A stretch of DNA of 64,000 nt. Origin: Corallochytrium limacisporum Hawaii. Its lineage: Eukaryota > Protista > Pluriformea. Shown piece after piece: positions 34,307-44,572 of this stretch. The translations under genes and the position numbers were made by a program. The stretch is taken from the NCBI GenBank assembly GCA_002811645.1, contig PDIP01000063.1:135431-199430 (forward strand), read 5' to 3'. Below the pieces are notes generated by a model. The model saw only the letters and a program-made list of their open reading frames with translations, was not told the DNA's origin and searched no databases. Numbering within the stretch: position 1 is the first letter of the stretch; each line of letters begins with the position of its first letter.

Positions 34307-35605
34307 TTATTGCACGGTTGGGGCCATCGACTCCTCTTTCCTTTCCAGCCAGGGGTCTTCTGCCTTTGCGTTGGTTTTCCTTGACTTCCCTCTGACTGCT
34401 GCAGTCCTCTCCGTAGTATCATGGGCTCGCTTTGTGGAGGTGCGGTAGTGACCACTTAGCCGTTGTTGCTGTTGTTCATTCTTCGTTGACTGGTCAACCA
34501 TGGACTTTGGGGACTGTTTCTTCCTCTGTCTCTTTTTTGCCCCGGTTGTATTCCTGATCTTGTGCGCTATCTTCTCGTCTCCGTCGCCAGCGGCAGCTTT
34601 GACACGCTCTTTGAACATGCCCAACTCTCCACAAAAAAGAATCGTATGTGCCCATCCAGCATGCTCCCCATGCAGATCGGTAAAGCGCCCACAGATGGCG
34701 TTGTATACCCGTGGGGTCAGAGTTCTCGCCTGGCCTAGGTCCTGCAAGTCTTTCTTGTCTATGAGGTAGTAGTTTCGGGCAAACCGCCAAACATGAACAT
34801 CAATAGGTACTGCAGAAGTCTTGTCTAGTGACATGAGACAGATACAGTCCGCCACTTTTGCACCGATGCCATGCAGTTGCATGAGATGGTCCTTGGCCTC
34901 TCCATGAGTCATTTCGTCTCGAAGAGAGTAAAGCCAAGGAATCCCACCGCGCTCGTTCAGCTGCCTTGCTGACTGGACAATAAATTTCGCACGATACCCA
35001 AAGCCCAAATCACGTAGTCGTTGCTCTATGTCATCTCCAGTGAGCTGTGTAATCTTCGGGAAAGCATACCACTCTTGCCCGTCGGATGCATCCGTGCCTA
35101 TCAGATCCCCATACTCTTTGCAAAGTTTTGTTACCATGTCAGAGATACGAGCAATATTATTGTTGGATGAGCAAATGAAGGAGAAAAGACACTCCAGAGG
35201 GTCCTGTCGTAGTACCCGAGTTCCTGGGAAGACCAGACCCAAGACTTTAAACCGCGGATCGACCAGCGACCATTGCGCATACAAGGGCTGTAATTGAGTG
35301 TCCAATTGAAAGTAGTCTCTAAGCAGAGATTCAGTGGACAGGGACTCCCTACCAAATTCTGGGGAGCAGCTATTTGATTTGTTCTTGATCTTGCGGCGAC
35401 CGCATTCCCAAAAGAAAATGCCTTCCTCGTCCTCCCGAAGCTTTATTAAGCGGTCTTCGATCACTCCTGTGTAGACGGCGTCACCGTTGGTCAATCCTTT
35501 TTGAACTTTCCACCGAAACGCCTGCCCACAGAGCAGTGTGGTGTTTAATCTAAGTTCACATGGTTTGACCTCTGTCAGTCTACGCCAACATGCCGCGGCT
35601 GGCAT
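34307..35605 (-). CDS. OGG1: 8-oxoguanine DNA glycosylase / AP lyase
   Basis: LRLNTTLLCGQAFRW, RQDPLECLFSFICSSNNNIARI, GFGYRAK, HhH-GPD motif GIGAKVADCICL...VPIDVHVW and GWAH. First ATG is 35605. Confidence 0.95.
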   Translation of the reverse strand: MPAAACWRRLTEVKPCELRLNTTLLCGQAFRWKVQKGLTNGDAVYTGVIEDRLIKLREDEEGIFFWECGRRKIKNKSNSCSPEFGRESLSTESLLRDYFQLDTQLQPLYAQWSLVDPRFKVLGLVFPGTRVLRQDPLECLFSFICSSNNNIARISDMVTKLCKEYGDLIGTDASDGQEWYAFPKITQLTGDDIEQRLRDLGFGYRAKFIVQSARQLNERGGIPWLYSLRDEMTHGEAKDHLMQLHGIGAKVADCICLMSLDKTSAVPIDVHVWRFARNYYLIDKKDLQDLGQARTLTPRVYNAICGRFTDLHGEHAGWAHTILFCGELGMFKERVKAAAGDGDEKIAHKIRNTTGAKKRQRKKQSPKSMVDQSTKNEQQQQRLSGHYRTSTKRAHDTTERTAAVRGKSRKTNAKAEDPWLERKEESMAPTVQ

Positions 35606-36604
35606 TATCTTACTCGAAGCCAAGCGTTTATCTATCTACCTCAGTTTGTCAACATGTCAACCACATTTCCTGTGTGATACTCACAATATCAAACAGGGAA
35701 GTTTCAAGAAATCGCGGTTATCTGATACAGTACAGACAATTCTTGCCATTAGAAATGAGCACAGAGTTGATCAACAGTCCTTCTTATGTATACCTGTGCA
35801 GGCAGTTGAACGAGAGGATCTCCGGTGGTCACCAGCCACCTCCGTGCTCTAGAGAGTCACCGATCAAAACACAGAATCCGTTTCGCTCTCCTTAAAAATA
35901 GGCCCCCGTTTAACAAATGAATACCACCGTGGTATCAAAGACTCCTCCCAATGCGCATAAAATTTTCTTTACCACCGTTCCCGCTTCTGCTGGTCCTGGC
36001 GGCAGAGCTAAAGCCTTCACTTTACCTCACTATCATTGCCTGACTGGTCACGGTCCAAATTTTTCCTCTTCGGTATTGAATTTCTTATCCATTTCTGCAA
36101 AACGTAATCACAGCAGCATCCCTTGTCAGCAATCCCAGACGGAGGTATAGGGGTTTGGGCTCGGTTGCTGCGTTGTCCAGGAGAACTCTCACGAAGCAAA
36201 CGCAAACTTATCGCATACAGCAGCATTACGACAATTCTGTGGATGAGACACATCGATGGTAGGTTTTGTGTGGTTCCACGGCGAATGAATTCCAGCTTTC
36301 GTGTGGGAAGTAACCGGAGCGGTGCCCCCGACGGCGGGGATGTTGTTCCCTATAATGAATATACTAGGTGGGTCTTTGAGTGTGAAACATCCCTTGGCAG
36401 TTTTCTCTTTCACTCACCGTTGCGGGATGTGTTGGGTCCACGAGTTTTTATTAAGTTCAGGGGAAACAATAAAGCGAGAGTTGTGTATTGGCGGGGAGAT
36501 TCAGAGTGAGTGATCAATGGTCGTATCATCTCGCCATCTCAAAGCAGTTCATGTTCGGCCCCGGTTGGTAGTGGTCAGCTTCTCACCGTTCAGGATGTTC
36601 CCTT

Positions 36605-37363
36605 TCATGCCATCTTCTTCTTCAGGAAGGCTATGGCCATTTCCATAGCCTCCTTCACTGCCGTGGCCGTCTCCGCGTCAGAGACATCTCCGCGAATAAC
36701 CCAGCCGTGGTTTTGATTAGGGAAAGTCTTGACCTCACAATCAAAACCCTTGTCCTTGACAGCCTGGATGGCAGCCCCTCCTTCCTTGACCTCATCAGAT
36801 TCCTGCTTTGAACAGAGCAGAAGCATATCGCATCCAGCACGCTTTGCAACGCTCATTAGGGTACCCGGAGTAGGTGCAAGGCCTTCCACCTGCAGACTCG
36901 GGTGGCAGCCTACACCGCAGGTCAGGCGATTGTACTCAGACTCCCGGAACACAACCCATGCACCATAGCAATACCCAATTGAAGCCACCTTCTCCACGCC
37001 CTTGCTGTTCAGGTGATCGTGAACCAGGTCCAAGTCCTTCTTAATCTTCTCAAAGTCGCAATAGGAACCGATCCACTTGTACATTTCCGGACTTCCGTGT
37101 GCAATTCCAGTTTTCTCAAAGCCATCACCACGCAGGAAATCGGGAAGAATCACGCGGAAACCCTCTTCCGCGAGCTGGTCACAGATGAAGCGAACCCGGC
37201 CAGCTTCGAAGCCGTAGATATCATACACAACAATCACGGCATTTTTGCCTTCGCCAATCTCGTAGATTGGCAGATCTCCTATTGTGGACTCGGTACCACG
37301 GGGCTTGTGGGTGGCAGCGAGAGCAGGCTCAGATCCGGGAGGGCAGCACTTGGATTGAGTCAT
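36605..37363 (-). CDS. Dienelactone hydrolase family protein (CMBL/AIM2-like)
   Basis: YDIYG, DQLAEEGF...PDF, nucleophile GYCYGA, HPS and catalytic NHGW. Confidence 0.88.
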   Translation of the reverse strand: MTQSKCCPPGSEPALAATHKPRGTESTIGDLPIYEIGEGKNAVIVVYDIYGFEAGRVRFICDQLAEEGFRVILPDFLRGDGFEKTGIAHGSPEMYKWIGSYCDFEKIKKDLDLVHDHLNSKGVEKVASIGYCYGAWVVFRESEYNRLTCGVGCHPSLQVEGLAPTPGTLMSVAKRAGCDMLLLCSKQESDEVKEGGAAIQAVKDKGFDCEVKTFPNQNHGWVIRGDVSDAETATAVKEAMEMAIAFLKKKMA

Positions 37364-38539
37364 TGTGGAAATAAGTGTTTAACAGTACGCTCTATGTGTT
37401 GTGTACTGCTTTGACACTTCCAGAGTTGTGGGAGTGGTCGGGTTTGATTCGTTCAAGTAGTTGTCGGATCACAGCGTTGTCAGCAAATTATTCTACCAAC
37501 GGCATGACATGTCTTGCAGGGTGTGAGACCGCACATCAAGCTGCCTTTCAACTCCTACTATCCGGTCGAAACTTTCGAATGATGGAGCAGGTTGTCCACC
37601 GCCTGGAGTGCGTTTGGCCCGGCCCGGCCCCCAACCCCCTACTTCCCCGTGCCCGTCCTGGGCAGGGGAATGACTCCGTTAATAATATTCAGCGAGTGGG
37701 ATTGAGGGGAAATCGAGAGCAATTAGTGTGTGTCATCTGAGCCTTTGTGTTGTGTAATGCATGGCGTTCGTGTCTTGTGACCTATCTGTGGCTTGGCCTT
37801 GGTGGTGGTGACCGTACAGCCTGCCCACAATTTTTGTTCAATTTCTTCCTGGTCTTAATACCCCGGTAGGCATCGACCGCGCCCTCCTTGGGCTGTTTGT
37901 ACCTCTGCGCTTTCCCATTTTTTTTTCTCTGTGGTGGTCATGAGGGTGATTTCTTCACCCTCCGCTGCGGGAATCCAGAACCCCGATGATATTTCTACGG
38001 AAAAGCCAAAGTTGCCCCGTTCTTCACAACACTGTCGGTGGAGCCGCGACTGATCGCAGGGCCTCCAAAAGGGCTGTGGATAATACCGGCCGTGTACCTG
38101 TGCCCAGTCATCTACCACCTTTTTCCTACCACTTCTTTTCTCTTCCTCCACCAAAGAAGTCGGCTCTGGCGATCGTGTGCCAGAATCGCTCAAAGATGTG
38201 AGGTAGAGAACGGGGGCCTATTTTACCCGCATGTCCCGCACCTGAGACGGGTGGCGACTGTGGGAGGCGAGGTGTCAGCCGTGCACTTCCAAATCGCCAG
38301 GAATTTGCAGACAGACCGTTGGAGCTCAACTGGTTCCCTGACGTTCTGGTTTGTTGACTGGTGCCGTACATGGTGGAGCTATTCAACCAATACCATCATT
38401 AAGCTTGCAATTATGTTCTATGAGAGGCAGCGTCATGTTCACAGGGCTCTGCAGTGGGTTAGGTTAACAGTGATTCGTATGCATCTGACTATGTGAAGCA
38501 ATACGAAGTAAGGGCGAACGCAAGGTTAGGAAGAAAAGA

Positions 38540-39004
38540 ATGTCAGACACTGGGGACAGTGGAACTGGCGAAAAAGGGCCGAAGAAGCCTCGTACTTACA
38601 TCGCGGGCGTGAAGCCCAAGGAGGGCGAGGAGGCACCCGATCTCTGGGAACTGGTGCAAGAACGTGTCCAGTTTTATAGCGACTATCTCTTCCGCGGACA
38701 GGTGCCAGAAGAGGAGCGCCTTCTCAAGGCCGGACTGGCCAATGAAGCTGATGAATCACGGGAGCGCAGACGGAAGGCTTTTGTGCGCTGCCTTCCGGAA
38801 CGGGAGATCTATGAAGAGTGTATGAAGAGTAGCTTCTTTCTACCGGTCTGTCTAGAGGAGGGTCGGGCATTGCAGCATTGCTTTGCGAAGGCAAAGAAAG
38901 ACCTGTACGAAAAGGCTGCGCGGGAGCATCCATTAAATTGGGACATGGAGGAACTAAAAAGGCAGCAACAAGAGCAGAAAGAAACACAGGAGACCAAGGA
39001 CTGA
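38540..39004 (+). CDS. Twin CX9C (CHCH/CMC1-like) mitochondrial intermembrane-space protein
   Basis: C-LPEREIYEE-C-MKSSFFLPV-C-LEEGRALQH-C fits CX9C-X9-CX9C and is preceded by RRKA. Confidence 0.7.
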   Translation: MSDTGDSGTGEKGPKKPRTYIAGVKPKEGEEAPDLWELVQERVQFYSDYLFRGQVPEEERLLKAGLANEADESRERRRKAFVRCLPEREIYEECMKSSFFLPVCLEEGRALQHCFAKAKKDLYEKAAREHPLNWDMEELKRQQQEQKETQETKD

Positions 39005-39188
39005 CATGAAATATCTCTTTCGATCACATCAGCAATCTTATCACTTTAAAGAAATGTAAATGAATACGTATGTACATAGCTAGAACTCGGAAGGATTGGA
39101 AAGATCTATGGAGCAAGTCTCCTTTCCTTTTTCTTTAACAATATGAAACACTATATGATGAGCGGTCGGGGCGCAATCATTTTGACCC

Positions 39189-39974
39189 TTACTGTCCAAG
39201 CTCAGCATTCGTTGGGGTCACATTCACACCACGGCCGGCCGCCGTTGCCGCTGCCCTTGACCGACCGCGACCGCCACGAGTTCCCCTACCTCGCCCACCA
39301 CCGCGCTTCCTTCCGGTGGATCCAGTTGCTGGCGTCGACGCCGTTGACGACCCGCGCTTGCGCCGACCACCCCTGCTGCCTGGACCTCGCACCGCGCTTC
39401 CGCGCTTGCGCTTCTTCGGCGTGGTCTCGTCGACATCATCATCATCGTCGTCTCCATCCTCCTCATCGTCATCGTCATCGTCTCCGTCTCCGCCCTTAGC
39501 GTGACGACGAATGCGCTTGTGGATCAGTTTCTTCTCTCTCCGCACATCCACAATCTTTTGCTTCATATGCCAGATCTCCTCCAAGAGGCATTGATTCTGG
39601 CGTTTCTGTACTTCAACCAAGCATTCCAACTCTGCCACGTCCGCAGCAGAGACAGGTACGGTAGGGTCCGGGAAAACCGGTTTGAAGGAGGCCATGTGTG
39701 CTTCTTCATCGGGAGTAAGGTCAGGCAGGCCTTCGTCTGGGAGCCTCATAACCCCTGGTTCATGAGGTTCTGCTGGTACTGATGCTAGTGCTGCCAATGA
39801 TACTGACCCTTTGCTGTCAAATCCGGGGGGCAGTTGATTGGCCGCCTCGAAATGGACAGCCGGCTGCTGTGCCAATCCAAAGTCTGGTGGCTGGGCCGTG
39901 CTATACCGTCCCATCGGTTGCTGTCCGTACGCGGAGTAGACCGGAGGTGGATACGCTGATTGGCCAGTGGACAT
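39189..39974 (-). CDS. Nuclear protein with INO80E/TFPT/TBRG1-like coiled coil, acidic tract and Arg/Gly-rich basic tail
   Basis: Coiled coil QNQCLLEEIWHMKQKIVDVRREKKLIHKRI, poly-Asp run, NLS PKKRKR and RGRG/RGG repeats. The family call is tentative. Confidence 0.6.
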   Translation of the reverse strand: MSTGQSAYPPPVYSAYGQQPMGRYSTAQPPDFGLAQQPAVHFEAANQLPPGFDSKGSVSLAALASVPAEPHEPGVMRLPDEGLPDLTPDEEAHMASFKPVFPDPTVPVSAADVAELECLVEVQKRQNQCLLEEIWHMKQKIVDVRREKKLIHKRIRRHAKGGDGDDDDDDEEDGDDDDDDVDETTPKKRKRGSAVRGPGSRGGRRKRGSSTASTPATGSTGRKRGGGRGRGTRGGRGRSRAAATAAGRGVNVTPTNAELGQ

Positions 39975-41014
39975 GTTACTTGTTTCAATATCGACCTACT
40001 TCACCCTCTTTTGCTGTATGTTTTGCTAAACTTATATAGTTCGATGACCTTCAAGTTCCCCTTTGCAGCATTGTTTCTTACAAACCTATCACTTCTCGCT
40101 AACGAACAGGCAATGGGAGACTAGCCTAGAGAACTTGTCACTTTCACAATTTATTTTTTCTTTGGTAGCTGAGTCATTTCATCATACAGATCAAGTAGCA
40201 CACCATAAAGAAACCGGGAAATAATTACCGGCCAATGCCTACTGAGACCCGTTCGGTCAAGGAAAACCAAAGCAAACGAACGCACAGCGCACCACCCCAT
40301 ACATGTACCAGTGCAGCATCTCCTTCCTCCCCCCCCCCCCAGCGGGGGGCCCGCCCGGCCCCCTCGCAAACGTTAAGCAATGGTTCAGTTTAACCCGCGC
40401 CGGTCCCAAGTTCCCCTTTTCGCCGCTGGAGGGTTGAAAAGCGGCAGGCCAGAACAAGGAAAAGCCCCCGAGGGTGGGTGGGGACATTCGGCAAAAAGTT
40501 GCCCTAGCCGCGCCTCTGTTGTTACATTCTCTCGCCCGCTTCAAAATTGCGCTTCCTGACCATTTTGAATTTGGTCCGTCATTGGCCGTAGCGAAGTTCG
40601 CGGGGCAGGGGTGGGTCGGATAGTAGTGTTTTCACGCCCAGAGTTGAGCTGTGGGAGGGTCTCCGTGCCCGTCGAGACGGGGGCGCTGTAGAGTGAGTTG
40701 GCATTTTGTTCAAACGTTTCAATGCATTGGTCTCGTACTCCAGGTTGATAGTCCCACAGGGTATTTGGTCTTGGCATTCTTTTGCTATTGTGATCATTGA
40801 GGCAACACCCCAGTCAAAATTGTGCACTCAGTGCGACTGTGAAGAAACAGTATTCATGCGTAGTGAAGAACAGGGGAGAATACTACATCATTGCCACAAT
40901 GTAAGTGCTCGCGGAAGGCCTTAGAATTTACTATCAACTGCACAATTCCGTTTGAAAACGAAGGATCGTAGTCACACAGTATAGAATAATAACTATTTAT
41001 TTTTACCAGACACG

Positions 41015-41980
41015 ATGGCAGCGCCCCAGACAATGGTGACGCGGTCACTGACACAGAAATTCCTACAACGCCGAAAGATCCTCGGTGGCAACCGTCGAAA
41101 GGGTGGATTCGCGCGCAATCACTCCGACGTGTCTGAATCTGCCGGTCTAGTCATGAATGAAGACATTGGATCAGGATCGGGAGGAAGACATACCGCAGCC
41201 TTGCCCCCGGAGTGGTACGATGCCATGGAAGAAGTGAACTACCAAATGGACAACATTCGCAAGGACATGAGCGTCCTCAGCGACCTCTTTGAACGGCACG
41301 CAAGCCGGCCAGATTTCGATGATAATCAACGAGAGGGACAGGAAATTGAGATCCGTACACGTGAAGTGACAAATGCGTTCCACCAGCTCCAGCGAGTGAT
41401 TGACTCTATCGGCCGTGGGCGGGTGTGGAGTGAGGAAGAAACAAAGGTGTTGGCGAACATGAAGCAAGGCCTTGCTTCGAATCTGAAATCTCTTTCCATG
41501 GAATTCAGGCAGAGCCAGACGGCTTACCTTCGGGCGCTACGGACCCGGGAGGAGCAGAACAGACAATTCTTTGGTGGTGCTGAAGACCTCCTAGCAGAGT
41601 CGGAGCTTGGAGGGAAGGCCGGCGGTCCCGCAGCAGCCATTCAGTACGATAAAGGGTTTACCGAGCAGCAGCTACAGCAATTGATCGAGAATAGCGAACA
41701 GATCAGTACCCGCGACATGGAGATTACTCAGGTGGCACGGAGTATCAATGAATTGGCAGAGATTTTCAGGGATATTAACCAAATGGTCGTGGAGCAGGGC
41801 ACGGTACTAGACCGGATCGACTACAACCTCGAGCATGTCAGTCAGCATGTGGGGGATGCGGTAGTACAACTGGAAAAAGCAGAGAACTATCAGAAGAAAG
41901 CCGCCAAGAAATTTGTTATATTGGCGTTGATTTTGGCGATTCTGATCGTTCTGTTCCTTATCTTGGCAGCCGCGAAATAG
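41015..41980 (+). CDS. STX16: Syntaxin-16 / Tlg2 (Qa-SNARE)
   Basis: N-peptide MVTRSLTQKFL, LPPEW, RPDFDD, SNARE motif SINELAEIFRDINQMVVEQGTVLDRIDYN and a C-terminal TM helix. Confidence 0.93.
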   Translation: MAAPQTMVTRSLTQKFLQRRKILGGNRRKGGFARNHSDVSESAGLVMNEDIGSGSGGRHTAALPPEWYDAMEEVNYQMDNIRKDMSVLSDLFERHASRPDFDDNQREGQEIEIRTREVTNAFHQLQRVIDSIGRGRVWSEEETKVLANMKQGLASNLKSLSMEFRQSQTAYLRALRTREEQNRQFFGGAEDLLAESELGGKAGGPAAAIQYDKGFTEQQLQQLIENSEQISTRDMEITQVARSINELAEIFRDINQMVVEQGTVLDRIDYNLEHVSQHVGDAVVQLEKAENYQKKAAKKFVILALILAILIVLFLILAAAK

Positions 41981-42149
41981 TACATGACTTACTGCAAGGA
42001 ACGTAGCAACTGGCTCAACACATTCTCTTAGCGTCATCATAATCATTTGTTGGAAGATCACAGTACAATATGCTAGTATTTCTTTTTGGGGTTGTAAAAC
42101 CCCTGGATATGTTCTCAATTCTTTATATGCTTTGTTCCAAACGAGTCAG

Positions 42150-44090
42150 TCATTCTCGCTTCTGCCGCTTAGCTTTCCGTTCCTCCGCCTCCTGCCTTAC
42201 CTTCTCAATCATCTGCGGATCATGAGAATAACGGCATTGGTCTTCAGGCTCTTCGCAGTTGCCAAAGGCATACGCCCGGCAGGGCAGGCGCCGTGTCTTC
42301 TCCAATGGACGCCGGTCCTTGCGCTTGGGATGAGTGTTATTCAATCGGCTTTGCTTACCGTTCACCTGGACCTGCTCTGATGATCCACCAACATCAACAC
42401 CGAAGGAAGATTGTTGCGTCACCTTGGCCTTATTCAGAGGACCCCAGTTGGCTGGCAGTTCAGGGAAACGTACCAGGCCCTGTTGTCGCAGTGGTGGTGG
42501 ACCCTGTGGGTGTTCCGTGAAATCCACGTCCTTGACCATACCCGCCGCCTTCAACTCATTTACTCGGTCCAAAATTCGCGCACTGACTTCATTCTCGCGA
42601 GCTTTGTGATTGTCAGGATATTCCTTTTTAAGCCATTCAGCCATGACAAGGAAAACAAATTCAGGCGGTGCGTCTGTTTTGAGAGCGTCCCTGTTCGCAT
42701 GACTGCCACTAACACGGTATCCGGCATTGAGCAAGGCACTGCGGAACAAAGTGAGACCTGGAGCCGATACACGCATGACTGCACTGACACCTGGAATTGT
42801 GTAGTAGAATGGGATATCAGGGAGTTCCTCTGCTGCCACGGAGAGGAAGCCAATCATGCGCTGAGCAGTCGCAAAGCTACTGTAGGTCTTGATCCCTTTC
42901 TTGTTTTTTGCATCCCCTGTAGTGTCCGCCTCCTCTACCCTCTTCTTTGCTTCCTCCTCCACACGATTTATCCTGGCAATTACCCTACGCACAAATTCCA
43001 CGTCATGGATCGGCCGGTTCCAGACCGGCCCATACTGCCGACTCTGACTTCCACACACATTACACGATGAGGGATCAAACGTCAGACTCGCAGGTACTGC
43101 CCGACTACCTTCCTTTCCATTGTGCCACTCTCCGAGCGGCATCTCGCGCAGGCTCTCACACCCTTTGCACCGCGCCACGTTGCTCAAGCGCACAATGCTC
43201 TCCTTCACCTGTTTCTTGCCCGTGTACACTCGGACAAAGACTCGGATGTAGAAATCGATGCTCAGGCTGACCAACGGTTCAATATATTTACCATGGCGAG
43301 CAGCTGCGGTGTTGAGAGACTGTAGGAGGATCCGCACAGCGAATTCATGAGTGTTTTTACCGCGAATCGATGTTGCGCCATATTTTGCGTAGCAAGTCTC
43401 CGGGTAGGCTCCGCCTAGAACAGCCAAATCAGTGGCAGTCACGGCCATTAGTCCACCGTTATGGACGCATTGGAAGGCACTGTCGAGGAATGGATGTGGG
43501 GATCCGTACGGATCGAGGTCAACGACGTCGAAGCGGTCCTCCCAATTCTGGCTGTCCGCTGCACCATACATCAGAGATATGGCGTTCGCGTGGCTGCTCC
43601 TGACACTGTCCTGCACTCCGTTCTTTTCAATATTGGTTTGAATGAGATCTGCTGCCTCTTTTACCATGTCATTCGCGACTATGGAAAGGCCTTCACTGCC
43701 TTCCGGTGCTTCAACCTCCTTCGCGTACCTTACCGCCCGCAGGCCCGTCGCGCTCAGCGCTTCGAGGACTGTCATGCGTCCCAGGACTTCCCGTTTCGGT
43801 TTATATGTCGAGCACAGAAACTCAGAAATAATATTACAACTCAAATCTCTGTTGAAGACTTGTGCAGGGTTGTAGAAGACTTCATTTTTGTTCAGGAAGC
43901 GGATCGAGGCCTTGCCTTCGTTGATGATGCGGTATTTACCCTCATCGTCCTGATCCGTTGCGGTTCCGCTCATTGTGGAGTATACTCTCTTGTGATATTG
44001 GTATCGATTTGGTACTTGCGGTCGCGTGCAAACCATGTATCTACCTAAGGAATTGCTACGCAGAGCCAGTACGCGAAGTCTGGTCGCCAT
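42150..44090 (-). CDS. TRM1: tRNA (guanine26-N2)-dimethyltransferase with C-terminal CCCH zinc finger
   Basis: VFYNPAQVFNRDLS, LEALSATGLRAVRY, FDVVDLDPYGS, SIDFYIRVFV, C-terminal C-x7-C-x6-C-x3-H, and an Arg-rich presequence-like N-terminus. Confidence 0.95.
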   Translation of the reverse strand: MATRLRVLALRSNSLGRYMVCTRPQVPNRYQYHKRVYSTMSGTATDQDDEGKYRIINEGKASIRFLNKNEVFYNPAQVFNRDLSCNIISEFLCSTYKPKREVLGRMTVLEALSATGLRAVRYAKEVEAPEGSEGLSIVANDMVKEAADLIQTNIEKNGVQDSVRSSHANAISLMYGAADSQNWEDRFDVVDLDPYGSPHPFLDSAFQCVHNGGLMAVTATDLAVLGGAYPETCYAKYGATSIRGKNTHEFAVRILLQSLNTAAARHGKYIEPLVSLSIDFYIRVFVRVYTGKKQVKESIVRLSNVARCKGCESLREMPLGEWHNGKEGSRAVPASLTFDPSSCNVCGSQSRQYGPVWNRPIHDVEFVRRVIARINRVEEEAKKRVEEADTTGDAKNKKGIKTYSSFATAQRMIGFLSVAAEELPDIPFYYTIPGVSAVMRVSAPGLTLFRSALLNAGYRVSGSHANRDALKTDAPPEFVFLVMAEWLKKEYPDNHKARENEVSARILDRVNELKAAGMVKDVDFTEHPQGPPPLRQQGLVRFPELPANWGPLNKAKVTQQSSFGVDVGGSSEQVQVNGKQSRLNNTHPKRKDRRPLEKTRRLPCRAYAFGNCEEPEDQCRYSHDPQMIEKVRQEAEERKAKRQKRE

Positions 44091-44572
44091 TAAGACATTA
44101 CCGAACCAACCCTATGTTAGCATCGCCAATGCCGCAGCTGTTGCACTTTCGTTTTTTGTCTCTCGTTTGCAAGAGAATCAGTTCCATTGAAGCACGCCTT
44201 GATTTTCTTCTGTCGGAATACCATCGTGTACCTTCACAACGAGGATGATCTCAACCAACCCGAGGCATCCAAAACCCATGCACAACGAGTGCTGTGAAAG
44301 CAGCGGGTCGGAAAGCGGGAGAGCCCTGCAAACCCCCACCCACGAGGAGGAGGGGAGCCCCGCGTTGGGGGGGGGGGAAGTGTGGAGACGAGCTAAGCAA
44401 GCCGAATGAAAATGGGAACCCCAACGCCGCTCAATTCAGGAGCCCTCACTGACAGGGGAGCCGGCCCGATGACCATGAAAACGGTGGCTTCATTTCGGTT
44501 TCGATTTGTCTATTTCTTGTTGGATTTCATATGCCAATGATTGGTCTTTTGGTTGGGCAGGACGGTGCCTGT

